From Lentimicrobium sp. (GTDB lineage: Bacteria > Bacteroidota > Bacteroidia > Bacteroidales > Lentimicrobiaceae): DNA of 64,000 nucleotides. Positions 29,821 through 40,309 of this stretch are shown in pieces (positions within the stretch are counted from its first letter, which is position 1; the number at the start of each line of letters is the position of its first letter). Where the stretch lies: the NCBI GenBank assembly GCA_035297395.1, contig DATGZB010000004.1, positions 25,009 to 89,008 of the forward strand. Direction: 5' to 3'. The notes beneath the pieces were generated by a model. It saw only the letters and a program-made list of their open reading frames with translations, made no database searches and was not told the DNA's origin. A program made the translations under genes and the position numbers.

Positions 29821-32800
29821 ATGATAAAAAACTACATGTCAGTTGCCTTATTTAGTATATTCTTTACTATTACTTCAATGATACTGCCTTGTGCGATCAG
29901 TGCACAGGAAGTTATCACGGCCTGGAATTTTGACCAGCAAAACCTGACACCCTCAACCGGTACTGGAACAGCCGCTACTACTGGCGGAACGATTGGATCA
30001 TATGCTACCGGCAATCCCATACTTTATGCATGGAGTACAACAAATTATCCCGCTCAGGGAAGTAATTCAGGAACGGCCGGCGTTCAGTTTAATGTATCTA
30101 CAGCCGGATATACTGATATAATAATTAACTGGGAAAGCAGGAACAGCAATAGTGCGGCAAATCGTCTTAGGTTGCAATATACTCTTAATGGGACCGACTG
30201 GCTCAACTTTGAAGCAAGCGATGCCAACGCTACCAACTTCAACGATGGCAGTTCCGTCGCTTTCGATGCTGGCAGATATACCACAAATGCTGCCGACTGG
30301 TTTTTCAGGAGTGCTGATTTAAGTGCCATAAGCGAAGTAGGGCAAAATCCCGATTTTGCTTTCCGCTTAGTAACTGAATTCTTTGATGCCACAAGTTATG
30401 GGGGCACAATAACCGACTATACCACAGATGGTTCAATACGATTTGAAAATGTAATTATTTCAGGTACCGCAGAAGTGCTGCCACCATCATTAACATCCCT
30501 AAGTATTCCACAATTTATTAGCGGCAACACTCCTTCGAATAATCGTTTGCCATTTGCATACAGCGTAACCTTGAATAATTTATTGCCTTCAGCCACATAC
30601 CGGTACATTAATTCAGCGGTAGTTGATAGTGATTCACCCACATCCATGGGATCAGGCGCGATTATTTACGTTAACAGCGATGGATCTTTTACAAGGACAC
30701 CCGTTGGCTCATTTACCAACCCGGGTGAATATGGAACTTTTACAACAGATGTCAATGGAAGCTATACCGGGTGGTTTATGCTGGAACCCTCAACCAATAC
30801 AAGGTTCACCCCGGGTAATCAGCTTTTCATGAGAATCATACTCAACGATGGCAATGATGGAACCACTCCTTCATTCTACTTAACAACCACTGAAAGTTCA
30901 ACAGTGCTTTCATTCTCAACTGGAACCACTGCAAATGATGGCACTGGTATCAGGGCACTTTCAATGGCAGGAGCGGGGAACTTTGCATTTCTCTATGACA
31001 ATGAAGATGGTACCGGACGACCATTGTTTGGAACCTCAATTGAAACTACCGGCATTGATTTCACATCACTCTCCTATGCTGCTTTCTTTAAAGATTTTGT
31101 CGCCGGTGTTGATGGTGCATGGGGTGGAATCGTTCCAAACATTAACCCAAACGGCGTAAGGCGCATTGAAGAAAGAAGTTTAACCGATGGCGCGATTGTA
31201 AGCACTATTACATCAACTGATGGTATGTGGGGAACAACCAATACGGCAAATCCTTCAGGCGGACTCGACAACATTCTGGTTATCAATCTGGTGCCAAATT
31301 CACAAATAACAGTAAATCCGACTTCCTTATCCGGCTTTATTTACCTCTTTGATAACGGGCCTTCTGAATCACAATCATATACAGTAAGTGCCACTGAACT
31401 CTCAGGGACAGGGAATATTGAAATTGTGTCACCGGAACACTTTGAAATTTCCCTTGATAACGTTAGTTGGGCTGATGCCCTCGAACTTCCGTTTGCAGGC
31501 GGTATAATAACCGGACAGCCTGTTACTGTTTATACAAGGTTGGTTGCCGGGCTGCCGTCCGGTTTATATAACAATGAATCTATAACTCATTCAGGTGGAG
31601 GTGCACCAGTTGTAAATGTTACATGTTCAGGTGTGGTCACAACAACAGGACCGGAACTTGCGTCTGAAACTGTCCCTCAATATATCCAGGGAGTAAATAG
31701 TATTAATAATCAGCGTATTCCGTATGCGTTTTATCTGTCATTCGATCAACTTATACCGGGTTCACAATATAAATATTACAACAAAGTGGTGCTGAGCACC
31801 GATCCATTGACTGAAGACGGGGCCGGTAATGTGATATTTGTTAATCAAGACGGGACATTTACAAGATCTGAGACTCCTTCAATTACTGATTCATATGGCA
31901 CTTTTACCGCTGATGAAACTGGAAGATTTAGCGGTTGGTTTATTACAGAACCTACCGGAGATGTAAGGTTTACACCCGGTAACCAGTTGTATATGAGAGT
32001 CATGCTTAATGACGGAATAGGGGGGACAGATGTTGCATACAGAATAACTTCAGTTAATTACACAACTGTCATAAACTTCGGAACAGAGGGCGATCCTGAA
32101 TCTGGTACAGGGGTTAGAGGTATATCATCATGCAATTCAGGTAATTTCATTTACCTTTTTGATAATGAGAGTGGTTCAGGGCGTCCTCTTTATTCTGCCA
32201 GCATTGAATCGACTGGCATAGATTATACAGATATTGGGTATGTTGAATTTTTCACTGAAGAAGTCGCCGGTATCAATGGTTCCTGGGCTGGAATCGTGCC
32301 AAATATTTTGCCATCAGGGATACTTAGGATTGAAGAAAGAAGTATCGCTGATGGTTCACTTGTGTACAGTTGGACTTCTGTGGATGGCTTATGGGGAACG
32401 ACAAATACAGTTAATCCGACAGGTGGTGACCTGAATGAGCTTGTCATAGAACTTGCACCGCCACCTGTACCTGAAATCACAGCAACACCTGCTGAATTGA
32501 CCGGGTTCGCTTACCTTGAAGGAAACGGGCCTTCCGAATCACAACCTTATCAACTGTCAGCCAATAACCTCGAAGGAACGGGCAATTTAACGATAGCAGC
32601 ACCAGGGCACTATGAAATATCCTTCAATGATACTACTTACGCTGATACCTTATATGTTCCTTTTGAAAATGGTGTTGTTACTGATCAACCTGTAACTGTT
32701 TATGTTAGATTAAAAACAGACTTGCAGCCGGGCGAATATAATGAAACCATCTGCCATACAGGCGGCGGGGCTGAGGCATTGTATGTTTACCTTATTGGAC

Positions 32801-33882
32801 ACGTTGAACCTTTGGCAGTTCCGGGAATTGCTGAAACTACTATTCCTGTTTATATGGAAGGAATGGAAGGTACCAATACAACCCGTGTTCCTTTTGCTTT
32901 CATGGTGACCTTCCAGTACTTACAACCCGATGCTACTTATCGTTTTTATAACAAAGCCGTCCTGGGCACCGATGATCCTCAATATACGGGAGTCGGCAAT
33001 ACGATATTTGTAAACAGTGACGGAAGTTTTAACCGCACGACAGGAAATTCACTTGGCACTTCCGGCCAATATGGTGAATTTGTAACTGATTCAACCGGAA
33101 AATTTACCGGTTGGTTTATGTTGGAGCCTACAGGAAATGAACGATTTGCTCCCGGGAATGAACTCTATATGCGTTTTATGCTGAATGATGGAAATGAAGG
33201 CAATGAAATAGTTCATTACTTTACTTCGGCTGAATTTGTTAAAGTCTTAATGTTTGAAACTTCTTACGAACCCACCCAGGGTACTGCCATCAGGGGGATT
33301 TCAGATGATGCGGCAGGTAATTTTGTTTTCTTGTACGATGACATCACCGAATCGGGAAGGCCACTTTATGGAACAAGCATTGAAACCACGGGAATAGATT
33401 TTGCCCTGACAGGATTATATGCTCCATTCTTTTCAGATATCGTCGAAGGCGTGAATGGTTCATGGGGTGGAATAGTTCCGAATATTAATGCGAACGGAGT
33501 ACAACTTATAAAAACTTTCACTAACCAAACATGCGAGATTGTAAACACTTATGAGATGCCGGGTGGTGTGTGGGGAATCACTGATACAAGAAATCCTTCA
33601 GGCGGGGTTGATGAACTTCTCGTTATAAACCTTACCGATACACCAGTACAGGTTATTGAGTTATCAAATACCAGAATATGGAGTTCCGGCAAGACAATTG
33701 ATATCAAAACTGAATTGAGCTGCGATTACAATTTCTGCCTTATCAATATGCAGGGTGTTGAAATAGCTAATTACAGGCTTTCAGGAAGTAAAACTATAAA
33801 TGTTGACGTTCCTTCAGGTATCTACATAGCAAGGATATTAAATGAAGAGGGCACATGCACGACAAAGCTTTTAATTAAGTAA
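29821..33882 (+). CDS. Large secreted multidomain protein with three tandem unknown domains and a T9SS-like C-terminus
   Basis: Signal peptide; roughly 390-aa periodic repeats; C-terminal NMQG...GIYIARI...TTKLLIK. Confidence 0.85.
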   Translation: MIKNYMSVALFSIFFTITSMILPCAISAQEVITAWNFDQQNLTPSTGTGTAATTGGTIGSYATGNPILYAWSTTNYPAQGSNSGTAGVQFNVSTAGYTDIIINWESRNSNSAANRLRLQYTLNGTDWLNFEASDANATNFNDGSSVAFDAGRYTTNAADWFFRSADLSAISEVGQNPDFAFRLVTEFFDATSYGGTITDYTTDGSIRFENVIISGTAEVLPPSLTSLSIPQFISGNTPSNNRLPFAYSVTLNNLLPSATYRYINSAVVDSDSPTSMGSGAIIYVNSDGSFTRTPVGSFTNPGEYGTFTTDVNGSYTGWFMLEPSTNTRFTPGNQLFMRIILNDGNDGTTPSFYLTTTESSTVLSFSTGTTANDGTGIRALSMAGAGNFAFLYDNEDGTGRPLFGTSIETTGIDFTSLSYAAFFKDFVAGVDGAWGGIVPNINPNGVRRIEERSLTDGAIVSTITSTDGMWGTTNTANPSGGLDNILVINLVPNSQITVNPTSLSGFIYLFDNGPSESQSYTVSATELSGTGNIEIVSPEHFEISLDNVSWADALELPFAGGIITGQPVTVYTRLVAGLPSGLYNNESITHSGGGAPVVNVTCSGVVTTTGPELASETVPQYIQGVNSINNQRIPYAFYLSFDQLIPGSQYKYYNKVVLSTDPLTEDGAGNVIFVNQDGTFTRSETPSITDSYGTFTADETGRFSGWFITEPTGDVRFTPGNQLYMRVMLNDGIGGTDVAYRITSVNYTTVINFGTEGDPESGTGVRGISSCNSGNFIYLFDNESGSGRPLYSASIESTGIDYTDIGYVEFFTEEVAGINGSWAGIVPNILPSGILRIEERSIADGSLVYSWTSVDGLWGTTNTVNPTGGDLNELVIELAPPPVPEITATPAELTGFAYLEGNGPSESQPYQLSANNLEGTGNLTIAAPGHYEISFNDTTYADTLYVPFENGVVTDQPVTVYVRLKTDLQPGEYNETICHTGGGAEALYVYLIGHVEPLAVPGIAETTIPVYMEGMEGTNTTRVPFAFMVTFQYLQPDATYRFYNKAVLGTDDPQYTGVGNTIFVNSDGSFNRTTGNSLGTSGQYGEFVTDSTGKFTGWFMLEPTGNERFAPGNELYMRFMLNDGNEGNEIVHYFTSAEFVKVLMFETSYEPTQGTAIRGISDDAAGNFVFLYDDITESGRPLYGTSIETTGIDFALTGLYAPFFSDIVEGVNGSWGGIVPNINANGVQLIKTFTNQTCEIVNTYEMPGGVWGITDTRNPSGGVDELLVINLTDTPVQVIELSNTRIWSSGKTIDIKTELSCDYNFCLINMQGVEIANYRLSGSKTINVDVPSGIYIARILNEEGTCTTKLLIK

Positions 33883-33969
33883 CTGCTGGAGAGCGGACCC
33901 TGTTCCATTAGCTGCGAAGGTATGGAAGGGGTGTTCGGCTTCATGTTAGTTAATTTTTACAGGGTGATT

Positions 33970-34003
33970 GGACGGAACCATCGGTTCCGTCCTTTCTTTT
34001 TTT
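33970..34003 (+). terminator. Intrinsic terminator
   Basis: GGACGGAACC-atc-GGTTCCGTCC followed by TTTCTTTTTTT. Confidence 0.8.
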
Positions 34004-34024
34004 CATGTTTGCTGAAATGGCTGA

Positions 34025-34960
34025 TCAGAGTTTCACCATTTTACTTATTGAACTTATGTTGTTGTATGTGAAAATGATCAGATACACCCCTGGTTTAAGA
34101 TCTGAAAATATTATATTCTTAGTGTTTTGCTTTAATTGAAGTTCCTTTATTACTATTCCATCAACATTTCGGATTTGAATGCTGCAGTTATTTATCGTAC
34201 TGCTGCTCTCAGGGAATTCAATGGTAAGTTCTTCAGTAACCGGATTTGGGAAAATTTTTATATTGTTGTCGAATCCAATTTCTGGTATGCCGACTCCACG
34301 TTCATACGTGCAACTATCAGCAATACCTGTAGAAAAGAAACCGATCTCACTATCTTCATAACATCGCAGGTTGCAGATTCCGGGGAAATCAGCTCCGCAT
34401 ATCATTTGTGGTAATAAGAATTCAAATGAGCCAATTTTCTCAAGTATTTTATGATTTTCCTCCCAGTCACTGCAATTATTGAATCCCCAGGAACTTTCAG
34501 GAGTGCTTGCTTTAAGATATCTCAAAGAAAATCCATTAATAGTCTCATATCCAATACTATCAACCATGACTGTTGTTAGTGAGTCTTCACATATATTCCA
34601 TAAAGAAGGTCCATAAGCTTCCCAACTCTCATTTACTGTAGCTCCAAAATCATACAGCATCCTGAATGAAGTTCCATCAAAAAACCATACTGTGTCATTG
34701 CTCTCGTATGTAAAATAATTATCACTTGTCCATTGGTCAGGATTTGAACCAGGACCTCTTTGCTCCAATTTTGTACATTGAATGCCTTGTATAACAGTAT
34801 CTTTAGTTGCTTCTATTGTTATATAACTGATATACTCGCCCCATCCTCCATGGTAGTCATAATGCCAGATTGCACCAATGGGTGCCCAGGTATTTTGCGC
34901 GAAGGAGAAGGAATAAAATCCAAAGGTTAGAATGGCTGTAATTAGTAATCGTGTTTTCAT
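34025..34960 (-). CDS. T9SS type-A sorting domain secreted protein
   Basis: Signal peptide, WAPIGAIWHY, LYDFG, LRCYEDSE; IFPNPV...GVYLI...KMVKL. Confidence 0.85.
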   Translation of the reverse strand: MKTRLLITAILTFGFYSFSFAQNTWAPIGAIWHYDYHGGWGEYISYITIEATKDTVIQGIQCTKLEQRGPGSNPDQWTSDNYFTYESNDTVWFFDGTSFRMLYDFGATVNESWEAYGPSLWNICEDSLTTVMVDSIGYETINGFSLRYLKASTPESSWGFNNCSDWEENHKILEKIGSFEFLLPQMICGADFPGICNLRCYEDSEIGFFSTGIADSCTYERGVGIPEIGFDNNIKIFPNPVTEELTIEFPESSSTINNCSIQIRNVDGIVIKELQLKQNTKNIIFSDLKPGVYLIIFTYNNISSISKMVKL

Positions 34961-35079
34961 GTGTAAAGATTTAAACAGGATAAATTTAAAAAGATATTCA
35001 ATATGAAAGAAATTTCTGAGTTCAAATGGAACAAATCTCTGAGTACAAATAGTTATTTTTACGTTTCAAATAAACGGAG

Positions 35080-35517
35080 ATGGATTTATCTAAATACCCT
35101 GTAAAGCTGGAGCTTCGTATTGATTGGAGTGAACTGGATTATTTTGGGCATGTGAACAATGTGCAGTTTTTCAAATACATACAGGCAGCAAGGATCAACT
35201 ATCTGGAATTAACAGGAACGATGGAAGTGCATAAACTCACAAAAAAAGGCCCAATACTTGCATCCTGCAAAATCGATTTCAAGCAGCCTCTATATTACCC
35301 GGGACTAATTACCATTCATTCCAGAATCAGCTTCATTAAAAATTCCAGCTTCGGGTTTGAGCATGTAATTGTTAATCAGAAAAACGAATTAGTTGCTGAA
35401 AGTCACGATGTTATAGTAATGATGGATTTCAATACGCATCTGAAAATGAAAATACCTGAAGACCTTATTCAGAAGATAGAAGAGATTGAAGGTAAGAGTT
35501 TCGGCCCGTCTATTTGA
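35080..35517 (+). CDS. Acyl-CoA thioesterase (4HBT/YbgC hot-dog fold)
   Basis: ELDYFGHVNNVQFFKYIQAAR. Confidence 0.9.
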   Translation: MDLSKYPVKLELRIDWSELDYFGHVNNVQFFKYIQAARINYLELTGTMEVHKLTKKGPILASCKIDFKQPLYYPGLITIHSRISFIKNSSFGFEHVIVNQKNELVAESHDVIVMMDFNTHLKMKIPEDLIQKIEEIEGKSFGPSI

Positions 35518-36733
35518 CTATAATGAATTTCCTTGTTACAATTGTATTACCTGCGATGAGTCTGCAAAGATAAATTCCGGCTGGCCACTCTGAGCAATCA
35601 AGTTCAACCTTATATGTGCCAGGTGTCCTAATTTCATCAAGTGGACAAAGCATTTCTATTCCACTTAAACTGATAACGGATAAGGTAGTATGGCTCGTCT
35701 TATTCAAATTAAATGTAATGACAGTGCGGTTTTTTGCCGGAATGGGATAAATCGAAAGGCTTGTATTTATTGTTTCAGGACTATCTATGCTGACCAATGA
35801 AGAATCAGTAGCATACCCCACCGAATAATAGTTACCTACTGCCGACCATGCTGTATACCACATTTGATATAATCCTGTCGTTTCATTAAATACTACGGAG
35901 GGTGCTGTAACTCCTTCATCATCAAAGGTCCCGGGATCGGGCGATAAAACCGGTGCATCCATGCCCTGCCATATTATTCCATCATCTGACAGTGCATAAA
36001 AAATATACATTTTACCTCCAACCGATTCATTATACCACATTTGGTATCCCGTTAAGGTCTTCATTACTTTTGGGTTAGCAGCGGGAAACGTGAGAATGGG
36101 ATTTCCTTGATATCTGGTCCAGACAATTCCATCAGGCGATGTAGCATACCCTATCCTGTAGGTATATGAAGTATTCATACCTGTATACCACATCTTATAA
36201 ATTCCTTCATCAAACAAAACGGTTCCGGCATAGACTAGAAGATTATCCCAGCTTCCGGCCGGCCCCCAGGGTAAAACAGGGTCGGTTGAGTATCTTTCCC
36301 AGTTCAAGCCATCGGACGAGACAGCAAGGCCGACCTGAGAATTAAAATTTGTATTGTTTAAACCGCTGTACCACATATACCAGCTTGTGTCATTGATTTT
36401 AAGGATTTGGGGATTAAATACTCCATAAGTGTCAAAACCTCCACCCACAGAAGGCTCAAATAAAGGAACTGAATCGCAAAATTCAAATTCATAACCATTA
36501 ACGGACCTTGCCAGTCCGATTCTCTGTTCCTGTTGGTCGCTTACAGTATACCACATATCAAGAGTATCATTATTCATGATAACCGTTACGAAAGCGTAAC
36601 CACCTGAATTAAAGCTCCCCGGATCACCGGGAACCATGACAGGATTACCGGGATATTTTTCCCATGAGATTTGAGAATAGCCGGATAAGTTGAAAAGCAG
36701 CGATAATGTTATTGTTATCAGTATTGTTTTCAT
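35510..36733 (-). CDS. Five-bladed beta-propeller glycosidase-like protein (GH32/43/130-like) with T9SS sorting domain
   Basis: Repeated MWY...IG.A.S.DG..W.RY..NP.L blades; IYPIPA...GIYLCRL...KFIIVK. Start likely MKTIL at 36733. Confidence 0.75.
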   Translation of the reverse strand: MKTILITITLSLLFNLSGYSQISWEKYPGNPVMVPGDPGSFNSGGYAFVTVIMNNDTLDMWYTVSDQQEQRIGLARSVNGYEFEFCDSVPLFEPSVGGGFDTYGVFNPQILKINDTSWYMWYSGLNNTNFNSQVGLAVSSDGLNWERYSTDPVLPWGPAGSWDNLLVYAGTVLFDEGIYKMWYTGMNTSYTYRIGYATSPDGIVWTRYQGNPILTFPAANPKVMKTLTGYQMWYNESVGGKMYIFYALSDDGIIWQGMDAPVLSPDPGTFDDEGVTAPSVVFNETTGLYQMWYTAWSAVGNYYSVGYATDSSLVSIDSPETINTSLSIYPIPAKNRTVITFNLNKTSHTTLSVISLSGIEMLCPLDEIRTPGTYKVELDCSEWPAGIYLCRLIAGNTIVTRKFIIVK

Positions 36734-36765
36734 CTGGAAACGCAATGAAATTATTACTTAATCTG

Positions 36766-37245
36766 TTACAGGTGGTTAACCTTATAGCCTTTCTCACGTA
36801 ATCTTTCAGCAACTAATGATCTATGGCATGCTTCAGGTTTTTCTTCCACGCAAAAAAATACGATCCTCTTATAACCTGCTTTCTGTATTTCTTCAATAAA
36901 CTGGTTGAGATCAAATTTATCCAGGATCTGTTTTGTGTATTCTTTCCTGAAAGTTTCACCAACAGTTTCACGTGACCGGATTCCCATATGCTGTAGTTTA
37001 TCTTCATGTAACTGCTTTTGGCGAATTTCATCAGTTGGGGTTAATCCTGAAACATGCTGATATGCAATTCCGAGATCCTTCAATGACTGTTGTAAACGGT
37101 TGCTGTTGACAAACATGTACTCAGTTCCCCTCACACCCCTTCTTTGCCTGATATCACAAAACAGGTCAATTTTATTTTCCGTAAGTTTCCTGAAATATTC
37201 TTCCTTGCCTGAGTTAAAAACCCCAATAGTGAAAAACTGCATCAT
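36766..37245 (-). CDS. DUF488 family protein
   Basis: FTIG, DIR and C-x-E-x5-CHR (CVEEKPEACHR). Confidence 0.8.
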   Translation of the reverse strand: MMQFFTIGVFNSGKEEYFRKLTENKIDLFCDIRQRRGVRGTEYMFVNSNRLQQSLKDLGIAYQHVSGLTPTDEIRQKQLHEDKLQHMGIRSRETVGETFRKEYTKQILDKFDLNQFIEEIQKAGYKRIVFFCVEEKPEACHRSLVAERLREKGYKVNHL

Positions 37246-37282
37246 TTTGAGAGTTGAAATGGAATTGTATAATTGAATGTAG

Positions 37283-37324
37283 TTTACTTTTTCCTTTTTA
37301 CTTTCGCCTATAGCCTATAGTCTT
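37283..37324 (+). repeat. Heptamer array (TTTACTT x3-like, TAGCCTA x3-like)
   Basis: tttactt tttcctt tttactt tcgccta tagccta tagtctt. Confidence 0.7.
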
Positions 37325-37327
37325 GCC

Positions 37328-37687
37328 TCAGTCCCAGCACCCTTCCGTAGCAAAACTCAAATTCCTTGTGTGGCATTTTGGGCACCGGTAAAAATTACTC
37401 TTTAAAACATAAAAACGGGGATCCGAAAAATCGATCGAAAGCATCCAGGTAAAAACACAGGTCCTGGTATCCTTATTAGTAATTTTTCCTGCATAAACAA
37501 GCGGATTCCCGCATTTGCCGCATACATTCTGAGGGTTCAGAATATTATCTGTTATTATGGTGCCACAATGATCACAGATAACCGGAACAGAACATGCCCT
37601 TATTTCGCCAGGGGAACCGCCTCCAAGGTAAAGTGCCTCAAAATCAGCACCACATTTGGCGCAAAGTGGCCTTATCATACTTCCCAT
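37328..37687 (-). CDS. Hypothetical zinc-ribbon protein
   Basis: Four CxxC pairs (CAKC, CDHC, CGKC, CPKC). Confidence 0.7.
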   Translation of the reverse strand: MGSMIRPLCAKCGADFEALYLGGGSPGEIRACSVPVICDHCGTIITDNILNPQNVCGKCGNPLVYAGKITNKDTRTCVFTWMLSIDFSDPRFYVLKSNFYRCPKCHTRNLSFATEGCWD

Positions 37688-37847
37688 GAACCCGAAAAAT
37701 TGATAAATAAAGATAGTAAAAATTCAAGAAAGGTCAATATTAATTTTCTGTAGTGATAGTACAAAATGATGCTTATTCCTTATGGAATGAACGTTTTACG
37801 CATTATTGAAAGAATTTTTATATATTTGAATTACTCTAAGCTTTATT

Positions 37848-38600
37848 ATGATGACAGGTATCTTTAATAAAATAGCTGCTATTACTTTAGCAGTTTTGGC
37901 CTCAGGGTGTTCGACTACCGATAAACTTGCTGAGGCACTCAATAATCCTGAAGGGACAACCAAACTCAAGATCATGAACCGTGATCTTGGAACCATCCCT
38001 CCTGAAATAGGCAAACTAAAGAATTTGAAGGAGTTGTACCTCTTTAATGATAATATTACCTCATTGCCTGAAGAAATCGGTCAGCTTAGAAATCTTGAGA
38101 AACTGGTAGTCAGCGATAACAAACTTGAATCAATTCCTGCTTCTATAGGAAAGCTTACCCACCTTCAGTACATTTCCCTGAAGCATAACCGGTTGAAGAA
38201 ACTGCCTGCAGAAATCGGAGATCTTTATAATCTTAAAGAACTTTACCTTGAATATAATGACCTGAGGGAGCTGCCCGCTGAAATAGGATACCTGGAAAAC
38301 CTTCAGTTTCTCAGGCTTAACGAAAACGACCTTGTCAGGATACCTCCTGAAATAGGAAGACTTACCAGCCTGATGTATTTGAGTATCGGTAAAAATTCTC
38401 TGACCGCTCTTCCTGTTGAAATTGGCAATCTCGTGAACCTGATTGAACTGAATGTTGCTCATTCAGGACCGATGATCACAATTCCTGAATCCATTAATAA
38501 CTGCAGGAAACTTGAGTTCATCTATATTGACCCGACAATTATCCTGCCTTATTCCATTCATTCCCGCAATCCAAGGTTACAGGTTATAGCGATACCCTGA
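37848..38600 (+). CDS. Leucine-rich repeat lipoprotein
   Basis: Lipobox ASGC; about 8 23-aa LPxEIGxLxxLxxLxLxxN repeats. Confidence 0.9.
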   Translation: MMTGIFNKIAAITLAVLASGCSTTDKLAEALNNPEGTTKLKIMNRDLGTIPPEIGKLKNLKELYLFNDNITSLPEEIGQLRNLEKLVVSDNKLESIPASIGKLTHLQYISLKHNRLKKLPAEIGDLYNLKELYLEYNDLRELPAEIGYLENLQFLRLNENDLVRIPPEIGRLTSLMYLSIGKNSLTALPVEIGNLVNLIELNVAHSGPMITIPESINNCRKLEFIYIDPTIILPYSIHSRNPRLQVIAIP

Positions 38601-38765
38601 TGGTCTAAGTTTAGAATGAAAATTATTCTGTGAATGCAATTTTGCCGGAGAAGCTCATTCATCCACCATTTTAAATCAGGATGCTCGAAAAGCGCTGGAT
38701 TCATTAATACTCTTTCTTAAGCAAAATTGGATTACTTTTGTTAGACATAGAAAAAAGGAGCATTT

Positions 38766-39428
38766 ATGATTGCAAAGGATCTGATCAGTGATACAATTAT
38801 GCCATTACAGACATCAGATACCGGAATGACCGCTCTGAACTGGATGGAAGAGTTTAAAGTTACTCATCTGCCTATTGTGAATAATAATGATTTCCTGGGC
38901 CTTATCAGTGAACAGGATATTTACGAAAGGAACAGTTATGATGAACCGTTGGGTAATCATGCCTTATCCCTCAAAAATCCAAGTGTAAATGAAAACCAGC
39001 ATGTTTACGAGATAATTCGATTAGTGCATGAATTGCAGCTTACACTTATTCCTGTAGTTAATGATAAAAATCATTACATGGGTTCCATTACTTTAAAGTG
39101 CCTTACAAAATATTTCGCCCGGTTAGCTGCAGTTGATAATCCCGGAGGTATCATCGTACTGGAAATGGGGGTACATGATTTCCTGCTGAGTGAAATTGCC
39201 CGTATCGTTGAATCAAACGATGCACTGATCTTGAGTCTTTACGTAATGAATCTCCCCGACTCAACCAAAATGCAGGTGACAATTAAAGTAAACCGCATGG
39301 ATATTGGTCCGCTGATTTCTACCTTTAACCGCTTCAATTACGAAATAAAAGCTTCATTTTTCCGCAATGACTATGATGAAACTTTGCACGACAGGTATGA
39401 TAGCTTAATGCGTTTCCTTGATATCTGA
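38766..39428 (+). CDS. CBS-domain protein with ACT-like C-terminus (AcuB-like)
   Basis: HLPIV...LGLISEQDI, IPVV...YMGSIT, PGGIIVLE...LSEIARIVESN; TACTTTTG at 38733. Confidence 0.85.
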   Translation: MIAKDLISDTIMPLQTSDTGMTALNWMEEFKVTHLPIVNNNDFLGLISEQDIYERNSYDEPLGNHALSLKNPSVNENQHVYEIIRLVHELQLTLIPVVNDKNHYMGSITLKCLTKYFARLAAVDNPGGIIVLEMGVHDFLLSEIARIVESNDALILSLYVMNLPDSTKMQVTIKVNRMDIGPLISTFNRFNYEIKASFFRNDYDETLHDRYDSLMRFLDI

Positions 39429-39509
39429 AAATAGGTTATTATCATTGTTCACCCATGACTGCCTTTACGATTACCTTTTCGTAATTTTGCGGCACCAATT
39501 TCTATACTA

Positions 39510-40223
39510 ATGACCAAATTAAGCGTAAACATTAACAAGATTGCCACGCTACGGAATGCTCGCGGAGGGAATCTTCCTGATGTAATAAAAGTCGCCATTG
39601 ATTGCGTTAAATTCGGCGCACAGGGAATCACTGTGCATCCCAGGCCTGATGAAAGACATATCCGTTACCAGGATGTTTACGACCTGAAGCCTGTTGTTAA
39701 GGTTGAATTCAATATTGAAGGAAACCCTGAGAAGAAGTTTATGGATCTCGTAACAACCGTAAAGCCCGAGCAGGTGACCCTGGTCCCCGATGCCCATGAT
39801 GCAGTTACTTCAAACAGAGGTTGGGATACAGTAACTTATAGGGAATTCCTGACTGACATCATCAACGAACTCCACAAACATAATATCCGCACCTCTATTT
39901 TCACAGATCCGGATCCTAAGATTATTGAGGGAGCTGCAAAAACAGGCACCGACAGGATTGAACTTTATACCGAGATGTATGCCTCAGGTTATCATAAAAA
40001 CAGGGAACTGGCCATCAAGCCTTACATAGAAGCTGCAAAGACTGCCCTTCAGATGGGACTTGGAATAAATGCCGGGCATGATCTGAACCTGGATAACCTG
40101 CGCTACTTTAAAGATAATATTGAAGGTTTACTGGAAGTATCAATAGGGCATGCGCTGATTGCGGATGCCTTGTACTTCGGACTCGAAAAGACGATACAGC
40201 TTTATCTGGCTGAGACGGTTTAA
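39510..40223 (+). CDS. pdxJ: Pyridoxine 5'-phosphate synthase
   Basis: [51 protein letters not shown] at 39482. Confidence 0.97.
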   Translation: MTKLSVNINKIATLRNARGGNLPDVIKVAIDCVKFGAQGITVHPRPDERHIRYQDVYDLKPVVKVEFNIEGNPEKKFMDLVTTVKPEQVTLVPDAHDAVTSNRGWDTVTYREFLTDIINELHKHNIRTSIFTDPDPKIIEGAAKTGTDRIELYTEMYASGYHKNRELAIKPYIEAAKTALQMGLGINAGHDLNLDNLRYFKDNIEGLLEVSIGHALIADALYFGLEKTIQLYLAETV

Positions 40224-40309
40224 ATTATATAAGATAATTCAGGATTAGGTTTAAACTCTGAAGCATTAAACGGGTTTATGATCTACAAGAAGATACAACG
40301 CCAGCTCTG

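Noticed and set aside
36766..37687. Defence system (DUF488 plus zinc-ribbon protein)
   Set aside because: No partner effector genes are recognisable; adjacency alone is insufficient.
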